Both the position numbers and the translations under genes were made by a program. The notes below the pieces were generated by a model, which worked only from the letters and a program-made list of their open reading frames with translations, ran no database searches and was not told where the DNA came from. 60,562 nt of DNA from a virus (taxonomy: Duplodnaviria > Caudoviricetes), in IMG/VR virus record IMGVR_UViG_3300046167_000012, positions 1 through 60,562 of that record. One strand, 5' to 3'. Below are positions 45,363 to 54,600 of the stretch, in pieces. The stretch's first letter is position 1. Every line of letters starts with the position of its first letter.

Positions 45363-45386
45363 TGACTCACTACTACGGAGAACAAC

Positions 45387-46922
45387 ATGGAAATTTTGCG
45401 GGATAAAGCAATAATGCTACGGGTACGCAACCCAAAGCAAATAACAACAGCTATCCCCAACAGCAAGGAGCTACCTATGAACAAGGTCGTCGTAAAGTGG
45501 GGGTTAGATGAAGTTCTATCCCTGCGTTCGTTAAACATAAACGCACCATCACCGATTACAAAACGGTACAGTTGGCCGGGGCAATACACGCCCTTCGATC
45601 ATCAGAAAGACACCGCGTCTTTTATGACACTGAACAAGAAGTCCTTTTGCTTTAACGAGCAGGGCACAGGTAAAACTGCATCGGCTATATGGGCGGCAGA
45701 CTATCTTATGACCCAAGGCAAAGTTAAACGTGTACTTGTTGTATGTCCTTTGTCGATTATGGATAGCGCATGGCGCAACGACTTGTTCTCCTTCGCTATG
45801 CACCGCACGGTAGATGTAGCACATGGGAGCAAAGAGAAACGTAAAAAGATAATCAACAGTGGGGCTGAGTTTGTAATTATAAACTACGATGGTGTTGAAG
45901 TTGTCAAAGACGAGATCGCCGCGGGTGGGTTTGATTTGTTTATTGTAGACGAGGCTACACACTATAAGAACGCACAGACAAAACGATGGAAGACACTAAA
46001 CAAACTAATCAAAGAAGACGATTGGTTGTGGATGATGACAGGTACACCCGCCGCACAAAGTCCAGTTGATGCTTACGGGCTAGCTAAACTTGTGAACCCG
46101 TTGGCAGTGCCGAGATTCTTTGGGGCATGGAGAGATATGGTCATGTGGAAAGTCACGCAGTTCTCTTACAAACCTAAAGAGACCGCCAAGGATACAGTGT
46201 TTCGCGCACTACAACCTGCGATCAGATTTACCAAAGAAGAGTGCCTCGACTTACCCGACATGATCTACACTAAGCGCTTTGTCGAGATGACACCACAGCA
46301 GAAGAAGTACTACGAAACATTACGTAAGCAGATGCTAATGCAGGTAGCAGGGGAGTCCGTGACTTCGGCCAACGCCGCGATCAACATGAACAAGCTACTG
46401 CAAATTAGCGCGGGTGCAGTTTATACTGACGATGGAGATTCGGTTGAGTTCGACATCAGAAGCCGATACCAAGCGTTGAAAGAAACTATAGACGAGAGCA
46501 GTAAGAAGGTAATTGTATTCGTGCCGTTCCGACATACTATAGATATGCTAGCACAGAAGCTCCGAGATGACGGCGTCACGTCTGAGATCATACGAGGAGA
46601 TGTATCTGCGGCTAACCGCACACAGATATTTGACAGGTTCCAATCAACGCCTGATCCGAAAGTTCTAGTAATTCAACCGCAGTCCGCCGCGCATGGTGTG
46701 ACCTTGACTGCGGCGAATACAATAGTATGGTGGGGGCCTACTTCTTCTTTGGAGACTTATCTACAAGCAAACGCCCGCATACACCGTGCAGGGCAAGACC
46801 ATAAGTGTACTGTAATTCAATTAGCGGGGTCAGCCGCGGAAAAACGTATTTACCGCATGCTAGACGAACGTATAAACATACACACTGCGATGATAGATTT
46901 ATATAAAGAAATACTTGACTAA
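45387..46922 (+). CDS. SF2 (SNF2-like) helicase
   Basis: EQGTGKT; IVDEA; MTGTP; HGVTLT; QANARIHRAGQ. Confidence 0.9.
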   Translation: MEILRDKAIMLRVRNPKQITTAIPNSKELPMNKVVVKWGLDEVLSLRSLNINAPSPITKRYSWPGQYTPFDHQKDTASFMTLNKKSFCFNEQGTGKTASAIWAADYLMTQGKVKRVLVVCPLSIMDSAWRNDLFSFAMHRTVDVAHGSKEKRKKIINSGAEFVIINYDGVEVVKDEIAAGGFDLFIVDEATHYKNAQTKRWKTLNKLIKEDDWLWMMTGTPAAQSPVDAYGLAKLVNPLAVPRFFGAWRDMVMWKVTQFSYKPKETAKDTVFRALQPAIRFTKEECLDLPDMIYTKRFVEMTPQQKKYYETLRKQMLMQVAGESVTSANAAINMNKLLQISAGAVYTDDGDSVEFDIRSRYQALKETIDESSKKVIVFVPFRHTIDMLAQKLRDDGVTSEIIRGDVSAANRTQIFDRFQSTPDPKVLVIQPQSAAHGVTLTAANTIVWWGPTSSLETYLQANARIHRAGQDHKCTVIQLAGSAAEKRIYRMLDERINIHTAMIDLYKEILD

Positions 46923-46944
46923 CTACCATACAATCGTATATGAC
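46915..46944 (+). promoter_or_regulatory. Possible middle promoter
   Basis: TTGACT followed 16-18 bp later by TATATG/TATGAC; shares AATACTTGAC with 33293-33302. Confidence 0.45.
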
Positions 46945-46973
46945 AGTAAAACAAGTATAAAACGGAGAACAAC

Positions 46974-47363
46974 ATGGCTGTGTCAGTAGACAAGTTAGTT
47001 AATGCGTACACTAAGATACGCGACAAACGCTCGGAGTTAACTTCCAAATATAAAGAGGAAGAGGGCAAGCTCCGAGAACAGCAGGACAGGGTAAAACTTG
47101 CCCTGCTGGAATATTGCAAGGAACACGAGGTCGATAGTGTGCGCACTGCTTCGGGTTTGTTCTATCGCACTGTGAAGCAACGCTATTGGACAAGCGACTG
47201 GGAATCCATGCACAAGTTTATTATGGATAACGAAGTCCCTGAGTTTTTTGAAAAGCGTTTAAATCAAACCCATGTACGTCAGTTCATTGAGGAAAACCCT
47301 GACCTAGTACCGGCAGGTCTTAATGTGGATTCTGAGTACGCAATATCTGTGAGGAAAAAATGA
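46974..47363 (+). CDS. Conserved phage replication-region protein (coiled coil + beta domain)
   Basis: Y.KIRD...SVRT..G..YR......DW...FI......FEKR...PAG. Confidence 0.6.
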   Translation: MAVSVDKLVNAYTKIRDKRSELTSKYKEEEGKLREQQDRVKLALLEYCKEHEVDSVRTASGLFYRTVKQRYWTSDWESMHKFIMDNEVPEFFEKRLNQTHVRQFIEENPDLVPAGLNVDSEYAISVRKK

Positions 47364-47590
47364 GTGATATTGAATCGCCATATGTGAATATAAATACTGT
47401 AGTGGATTACTTCCAAGTGTCCCTATCTACAATTCGCAAGTGGGTATATACAGGTGAAATCCCTGCGAGTAGCTACATAAAGGTGGGTGATATCTACCGG
47501 TTTCGGCTCGATGAAGTGGAAGCGGCATTAGCTTCTAAAACTAAAAAGGCTACAAAAGAAGCCCCAAAAACAAATTCAGAAGGAGAATAG
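47360..47590 (+). CDS. Excisionase/MerR-like HTH DNA-binding protein
   Basis: VVDYFQVSLSTIRKWV..GEIP...IKVG..YRF...EVE. Confidence 0.75.
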   Translation: MSDIESPYVNINTVVDYFQVSLSTIRKWVYTGEIPASSYIKVGDIYRFRLDEVEAALASKTKKATKEAPKTNSEGE

Positions 47591-47593
47591 TAC

Positions 47594-48472
47594 ATGTCAG
47601 AAGTATCATTGTTTGGGGAAGGCAACTCCCTAGTAAGTAGTGACCTGTTTAAACAACTGCAGGAAGCCGACGATAATCTAGCCGGTGGCAGTGGTGGTGG
47701 CGGATCAAACCGTATCAGCCTACGTGGTGGCCGATTCCGTCAAATGGTCAGCGGAGAACAAGTCAATGTTAAGAGCGATGGCCTCTTAAACGTAGTCGTT
47801 ATCAACGCGGCAAAGTTATCACGTACATACTATGCAGGGGCATACGATCCTGAGAACCCAACTCCACCTGCTTGTTGGTCTCCTGATACACAAACTCCGT
47901 CTAAAGATGTACCTGCGGATACCCGCCAAGCATCTCGTTGTATGGATTGTCCACAGAATATCAAAGGCTCTGGGCAAGGCGAAAGCCGTGCATGTCGCTA
48001 CAATCAGCGCGTTGCTGTATTGCTCGAAGGTGAGTACGACACTGTGTACCAATTACAACTACCTGCTACGTCTATATTTGGCGAAGCTAAAGATGGTAAG
48101 ATGGGCATGCAAGCATACGCTAAATACCTTAAAGCTCACAAGACACCGTCAATCGCTGTGCTTACGCAGATGTATTTTGACGAAAACAGTGACACACCTA
48201 AACTGTTCTTCAAGCCAGTCCGTCCATTGACTGAGGAAGAACTAAATCAAGCTGTGTCCATGAAAGATAGCGATGACGCTATCAAAGCAATTACGTTAAC
48301 TGTTTCCCAAACCGACAAGGTAGAGACACAACGTAATGGATCAGTGGCAAAGCAAGAGCCTGTACTCGACGATGCACCTGAACCTAAGAAGGTCGCCAAG
48401 AAGAAAGAGGTTACTGCTCCCTCTCCTGACGAGGCCGATCTTGCTTCTATCGTAGACAACTGGGACGACTGA
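47594..48472 (+). CDS. Single-stranded DNA-binding/annealing protein
   Basis: RISLRGG.F; RTYY.G.YD; P.CWS.D; C..CPQN..GS...RAC; acidic C-terminus DNWDD. Confidence 0.6.
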   Translation: MSEVSLFGEGNSLVSSDLFKQLQEADDNLAGGSGGGGSNRISLRGGRFRQMVSGEQVNVKSDGLLNVVVINAAKLSRTYYAGAYDPENPTPPACWSPDTQTPSKDVPADTRQASRCMDCPQNIKGSGQGESRACRYNQRVAVLLEGEYDTVYQLQLPATSIFGEAKDGKMGMQAYAKYLKAHKTPSIAVLTQMYFDENSDTPKLFFKPVRPLTEEELNQAVSMKDSDDAIKAITLTVSQTDKVETQRNGSVAKQEPVLDDAPEPKKVAKKKEVTAPSPDEADLASIVDNWDD

Positions 48473-48502
48473 GGGGTCAGTCACCTAGTTTAACGATAGG
48501 CA

Positions 48503-48551
48503 GTCGTGGCGGGTTTACCACCCTTTCGAGAGCCCGCCACGATATATTTTT
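48503..48551 (+). terminator. Terminator/attenuator-like hairpin between ssb and primase
   Basis: GTCGTGGCGGGTT...AGCCCGCCACGAT 13-bp stem (two G-U pairs) followed by ATATTTTTT. Confidence 0.6.
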
Positions 48552-48563
48552 GGAGCAGTAACA

Positions 48564-51389
48564 ATGAACAACTTAGACTTTTTAAAAGGATTACTCAGCG
48601 ACTCAGGACACTATTGCGTATTCGCCGCTAAAGGTGCCGTACGTAAACAGAAGTTTTACGATACTATTGAAGACGCAGAGAGAGCTACACGTAAGTTTAT
48701 AGCAGACGGGCTAAACACGTACTTTGCTTTAAGTACATTTAAAGAACCAACAGTCGATGCAGGTCGTAAAGGTGCAAACGCACACGAGTTGAAGTCTTTC
48801 TTCCTCGACTTGGATTGTGGACCAACATACGAATACCCTACTAAAGAAGCCGCAGTATTTGCAGTGCGTGATTTCTGCAAGAAACTATCACTCCCTAAAC
48901 CCTTGATGGTTAACAGTGGACGTGGTGTGCATGTATATTGGCCTCTTACCGAAGCACTTTCGGCGGAGCAATGGGCTGTGGAAGCTGACAGATTAAAGCG
49001 GTGCTGTTCTGAGAACGGATTACTTGCTGACCCTGCTGTTACTGCTGACGTAGTACGTATCCTGCGTATGCCTAACTCAAAGAACTATAAGGAAGACCCG
49101 CCTTTACCAGTAGAGTTTCTTGGCGTGTCTATGCCAGAACCTGTTATGCTTGAAGATTTTACATCCAAGCTAGGGGTATTAGCGAAGCCAGTTATCAAGA
49201 TTGACTTAGGTACTGATGCTCTTTACGAAGCCTACGCCGAGAACAGCGAGAATGTTTTTAAGACAATCATAAAGAAAACTGTGCAGGGGAAAGGGTGCGA
49301 ACAATTAAAGTACATCGCCATGAACCAAGCAGAAGTTAGCGAACCTCTGTGGAGAGCAGGGCTATCTATTGCGAAGTTCTGTAGTGATGGAGCCACAGCC
49401 GCAGTAAAAATATCAGAGAAACATCCCGAATACAACGAAGCAGATATGCGCAAGAAGATGGACGAGATAAAAGGCCCATACACCTGTGCACGTTTCAACG
49501 ACCTTAACGAAGGTACATGCGAGAACTGTCCTTTATGGAACGAGATTAAATCACCGATTGTACTGGGTAAACGTATTCGGGAGTCCGAAGGTGACGTGGT
49601 GGTGTCTGCACCGATAGTAAAGGCAGGGGTAAAAAAGTCTGAAGATTTTGAGATACCAGAATATCCTAATCCTTACTTCCGTGGAGCGGCGGGCGGCGTA
49701 TTCTTACGCAGTAGTAACTCTGACGGGGATATCGAAGAAGAGGTTATATACCACTACGACATTTATATTACTCGGCGTCTGCATGACATCGAACTGGGCG
49801 AGACGCTAGTGTTCCGCCTACATTTACCAAAAGACGGTGTACGACAGTTTAACGTACCTCTTACGAGTATAACTTCCCGTGAGGAGTTCCGTAAGTGTAT
49901 GGCGAAAGAAGGCGTCACTGCATGGGGAAAGGCTCTAGATAAATTAATGGCATACACAACAAAATGGGTTGACGAACTACAGCGTACAACTGTAGCCGAC
50001 GAGGCACACCGACAATTTGGTTGGGCTGGTGACGATATGGAAGCGTTCGTATTAGGCGACAAGTTAGTTACTGCGACAGGCGTGGACTTTAATCCGACTT
50101 CCTCTAGTACAGCAGCGTTAATGGATTCGTTTGAGGCTAAAGGCACCCGCGAACGTAACTTTGAGCTATTGGATTTTTATAACAAAGAAGGGTTTGAACT
50201 ACATCAATACGTGGTAGGCATTGGTTTCGGCTCGCCGCTCATGGCGCTTACAGGGTTGAACAGTATGTCTGTACATCTTTATGGTGGGTCAGGGGTAGGT
50301 AAAACTACTGCACAGATGGCGGCAATAGGTATATGGGGAAGCCCTGAACAACTACAGTTAAACACAGACGACACACATAACTCACGCATGCACCGTGGGG
50401 AAGTTATGCACAACCTACCGCTAGTGTCTGATGAGCTGACTAACGTAACAGGTGAGCAAATGTCCCAATACGTTTATCAAGTATCCAGTGGGCGGCAAAA
50501 AAATAGACTAGCTGCCAACGGCAACGTCGAACGGGCGCGGGGTAAACCTTGGCAACTACTCGCGTTGAGCTCAGGTAACACAAGTGCATGGGAAATACTG
50601 GGTCGGCACAAAGCAACGCCGAAAGCGGAACTGTATAGGATGTTTGAAATCCATGTGCAGAAGAAGAATTTTACTTTGGGGAATAACACGGAAACCAAAA
50701 AACTATTTGAAGATTTTAAAAACAACTATGGGCATATAGGTATAGAGTATATTCAGTGGGTTATGGGTAACAAAGAAGAAGTAATCCGCATCGTTGAGTC
50801 TGTACGTACACGTTTAGACAAAGCGGCCGGACTTAGCACGGAGCATCGGTTCTGGTCTTGTGGCAATGCCGCAATCCTAGCGGGTCTTATTATTGCTAAG
50901 AAGTTGAATCTTGTTAATTATGATGTCGGTGCTGTGTATAAGTGGGTTGTACGTGAATTGATTTCTCGTAATAGCTATGTGAACGATGTAGGCTCGTCTG
51001 TTACACAAACACTTAATAACTACTTGTCAGAAAACTACAACAACATGCTGAAGATCGAAAGCACTGAAGACCTTCGTGGTAAAAACGACAACGGCTTAGA
51101 CCAACTTGTACCTGTAGGCGCGTCACCCCGCGGCCATTTAGTTGCACGTTACGAGCCTGATACGAAGCTATTGTTCCTACGGTTGAAGCCATTCCGAGAG
51201 TGGTGCATTGATCAACAGATAAACTACGCGGGTGTAGTGGACGAATTAAAAACTAAGTTAGGCGCAAAACGAACAAAGAAACGACTTACTAAAGGCACTG
51301 ACTTTAACCTACCGCCGGATTGGGTACTAGAGATGGAGTTTGCAGAGATGGAGCAAGATAGTGATGGATCAGAAAGTATTGAAGGTTGA
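48564..51389 (+). CDS. Primase-helicase (AEP/RepB-like primase + DUF927-like helicase)
   Basis: FLDLD; SGRGVHVYW; RILRMP..KNYK; FGW; GGSGVGKTT; DE; SSGN. Confidence 0.85.
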   Translation: MNNLDFLKGLLSDSGHYCVFAAKGAVRKQKFYDTIEDAERATRKFIADGLNTYFALSTFKEPTVDAGRKGANAHELKSFFLDLDCGPTYEYPTKEAAVFAVRDFCKKLSLPKPLMVNSGRGVHVYWPLTEALSAEQWAVEADRLKRCCSENGLLADPAVTADVVRILRMPNSKNYKEDPPLPVEFLGVSMPEPVMLEDFTSKLGVLAKPVIKIDLGTDALYEAYAENSENVFKTIIKKTVQGKGCEQLKYIAMNQAEVSEPLWRAGLSIAKFCSDGATAAVKISEKHPEYNEADMRKKMDEIKGPYTCARFNDLNEGTCENCPLWNEIKSPIVLGKRIRESEGDVVVSAPIVKAGVKKSEDFEIPEYPNPYFRGAAGGVFLRSSNSDGDIEEEVIYHYDIYITRRLHDIELGETLVFRLHLPKDGVRQFNVPLTSITSREEFRKCMAKEGVTAWGKALDKLMAYTTKWVDELQRTTVADEAHRQFGWAGDDMEAFVLGDKLVTATGVDFNPTSSSTAALMDSFEAKGTRERNFELLDFYNKEGFELHQYVVGIGFGSPLMALTGLNSMSVHLYGGSGVGKTTAQMAAIGIWGSPEQLQLNTDDTHNSRMHRGEVMHNLPLVSDELTNVTGEQMSQYVYQVSSGRQKNRLAANGNVERARGKPWQLLALSSGNTSAWEILGRHKATPKAELYRMFEIHVQKKNFTLGNNTETKKLFEDFKNNYGHIGIEYIQWVMGNKEEVIRIVESVRTRLDKAAGLSTEHRFWSCGNAAILAGLIIAKKLNLVNYDVGAVYKWVVRELISRNSYVNDVGSSVTQTLNNYLSENYNNMLKIESTEDLRGKNDNGLDQLVPVGASPRGHLVARYEPDTKLLFLRLKPFREWCIDQQINYAGVVDELKTKLGAKRTKKRLTKGTDFNLPPDWVLEMEFAEMEQDSDGSESIEG

Positions 51390-51591
51390 CGATCTAAACC
51401 CAGATGGGTTACGGATCACTGTTGACTGGGAGGACATGAGTGTGGGGGCATCCATATTTGTGCCTTGTGTCAACACTGAGAAGGGTAAAGAGCAACTAAA
51501 TAAACTCGCAAAACGTAAAGAATGGAAGTTTGATACGCAAACCTGCATAGAAAACGGTAAATTAGGTTTACGTACGTGGCGTACTGTGTAA
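51364..51591 (+). CDS. Hypothetical protein
   Basis: W..M.VG.S.FVPC...G.R.WR; last gene of the arm. Confidence 0.6.
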   Translation: MDQKVLKVDDLNPDGLRITVDWEDMSVGASIFVPCVNTEKGKEQLNKLAKRKEWKFDTQTCIENGKLGLRTWRTV

Positions 51592-51642
51592 CAATACTGG
51601 TACGACGTTCGCCTGTGAATGTTGTTCTCAACCTGAATACTT

Positions 51643-51667
51643 GCCCCTGCTTCGGCGGGGGCTTTTT
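51643..51667 (+). terminator. Rho-independent terminator at the convergence of the two arms
   Basis: GCCCCTGC-TTCG-GCGGGGGC-TTTTT. Confidence 0.85.
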
Positions 51668-54600
51668 ATTCGTACTCTTCGAAACTCTTACGCATAGCGT
51701 CTGTATACACAATACCGTTAATCATTTTACCGGTTGTTGTGAGGAACCCGCTGAGAGACTTCTTCAACGCTTTGCCATCAATCGCATCTTCCTTATATTC
51801 TGCGGGCAAAGATTGGTTGAACTCTCGTATATCTTCGCGTATCTTGCGAACCGCTTCTCTATCACCTTGAGTTTTAGCCATGTTGTGCCGACGTAATAAC
51901 TTACGGCGTCTTTCATCCACAGCGTTTTGTCTACGCCGCTCACTGCTGTTGATCTTTAAATTTTCTACATAGTCTGCAGGGGCGAAGCCTAACAACTGCA
52001 TAAACGAGTTGTATGGGTTTATATCATCTACGATTGGATTGCCTCGCATCGTGTTCGCTCCCTCGGTAGAGAACCTTTGAAACTTGCTCAAGTTACGCAT
52101 AGCGGCAGGTGCCATAGCCTCAAGCCCACGTTGAACTTCACCTTCTTGTAGAAGATCATACCCTCGCTCAACGCTCAAACCTACCCCAACAACAGGGCCG
52201 CCTAGCTGTTCTATAAGTGTGTAGAACCTGCTCTGGTCTTTGTCGATAAACGGCTGGCGATATAACAAGCTGTTCATAGACACACGACTAGCAATATCCA
52301 CGCCTAGTAGTTCGTTGGCTAACCCATCGTATAACGTACCGGGCACCATCTTACGCATCATAGCTTCGAAGTCATCTTCGTCATCATCAGCAAACATATC
52401 GTAGATTGCGCCCACTGCACCCATCAAAGGTAGCCCAGCGACACCGGCCAATGACCCAGTAGTTACCATAAAGTACGCAAGTTGTTTCCGTGCAATCTTA
52501 CGGATGTCTGGGTCTGCTTCGGCTAGTGCTTGGTCTACTAAGTGTGCCATGAAGTAATATCGAGACACCGCGAACCGTTTAAACAAGAAGGCTATGTTAC
52601 CCACGGGCTTCTGCGCCCACACCGGACGACCTGCGGAAGCCGTAGAACCTAGTGTTAACTCCGTAGCCTCCATAGCTTTTTGTGCCGCCGCATCATAATC
52701 GGCTTGGGTTGCTGGTTTTTTACCGTTATCAGTACGATTGTTTAATTCTAAGTCATATGTAGCCATTAATGATATCTGACGTCCAAAGCGCTCGCCGTGA
52801 TGTACAAGGAACCCACTTACTTGATTCATCTTAGCTAAAACATCTTTGCGGTTAGTTAAGTCCACATGCTCTTGGTCTATACTCTGATTAAACATACCCC
52901 TAGCACCGGCCTTCTCAACCAATGTTTTATACCTTAGAATATCTTCAGGTGTGTTAGGATCGTCGAAGTTGTAGTTATCAAACCCTTTGTTATGCTTACC
53001 TAGCTGTACTTCTCGTACCTCTGGTTTGCCATCTGCACCCATAACAGTGATCATCTTTGTAGATGGAGACCCCATGAACAACTTTGTTGCTCGAGATATA
53101 GCTGACGTAGCTTTCCTCCCACCGTACTGTCCAGCTAGATAAGGGTGTACCGCCATAGGAATATCAAACATTATGTTAAAGGCAGACGATATGTTAGCCC
53201 CCATCGTCCAGCCGAAACCCATAGAAGTAGCGATTTGTGACCACCGTGCCATTGATGGGGCTTGCGCAAACTCTGCAACTTTGTCTAGCTTCTCCGCTAT
53301 GTCCGCAGTGTCGAGTCTTGTTAGGTAGTCGCCATCTTGAAGTTTGTTTCGGAAAACCTGTATTTTTGCGCCGTATTCCAACTGCACAAGCTGTTTTTCA
53401 ATACTTCGAAAATTGTCACGGAATCTTTCTGCAGGGTCAACTTCCATTCCCGGCATACCAGACGGAGTAACATCACCCAATGCACCTAGAATACCGCGTT
53501 TACCTTCACTACGCTCTTTACGACTACGAAACGACTGCATAAATGATCGTTCTGGTATCGCATCTAAGGACAGGTCAATAATTCTATCTATAGCTTGTTG
53601 ATCTACCCCCGCCCCCTGTAGAGTTTGCAGTACTTCAAATACAAACGAGGAGCTTGGAGCTTTACTGTAGTCCCTCTGTGCGTCGCGTTTACCAACTTCA
53701 ATCTTACTAACGTCGTCGTCACGTCCAATACTTCGTAAGTATTTAACGACATTTTCCTGTGCCTGCAGCATATCTTTTTCAGATGTGTAGTATTCAGTAA
53801 ACACCTCTATACCGCCATTCCTAAGAGGGTCGGGGGCATTGTATGATAATCTGAAATCCCCATCGCGACCTAGTTTAAAATAGGGGCGGATGACACCACC
53901 TTGAGCATGCAGTAGGTCAGATAGTTTTTCAAACGCAGTTTTCTGGGCTTCTGCATCTATACCTAAAGAAGATATACGTGCTTTAATGGCAGGCATAATA
54001 CGGTCCTGCGCAGCTTCACCCATGTCACGAGTAATTTTATACAGGTCTTGCCCTTGTTTACCGAGTAGTTTGTACTCTTTATTTAAAGTATCCCATATTT
54101 CGCCTTTTTCGTCAGATGGTTCCCCTGCTTTCTTAGCTTTTGACCTCGGCATGTCTTGACCACCGAACTTTTGTTCTAAGTCGTCATTTAATTTTTTAAC
54201 CTCTGCGTTTCGATCTTTGACATTGCTGAAGTCCTGCATAACCGTTCTTTCGGTTTTCATGTCGTAGTACGATAACCAATACTTATCATAGGTGCTTCGC
54301 GGACGGGCAGGATCGACTTCGTCTTGCGTAGCACGGTTCATCAGTGCCTGCATCCTGTTGTACCCTTCAGGGTTTGCTTTGCGGTAGGCTCTGTAATCGT
54401 TATATAGCACGTCCACAGGCTCGAAGGATTTACGCAGTGCGCCCGATGTTTGGTCGATTAAGACGTTTAACTCATCGGCGAAAGGTATTCTATCTTTAGC
54501 TAGCCGTGCCAAGTTGTTTACAGGCTGTACTGCGAGCACCCACTGTTTTAATTTACGAGGAGTGTTTTCGCTAATAAAGTCTCTTGCCTGTTCGTAACGA

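Larger units (their letters stand above)
31603..45373. repeat. Dispersed 15-bp palindrome GTAGTG-NNN-CACTAC, 12 copies
   Basis: Starts at 31603, 32721, 32840, 33243, 33411, 33941, 34833, 36941, 38162, 40364, 40479 (one arm mismatch) and 45359. Confidence 0.95.

Noticed and set aside
47399-47413. Thirteenth palindrome copy (GTAGTGGATTACTTC)
   Set aside because: Two arm mismatches plus a non-consensus centre; compatible with chance.
47360-47590. Integration/excision module
   Set aside because: No tyrosine or serine recombinase and no att site recognised. Xis-like HTH genes occur commonly in replication modules.
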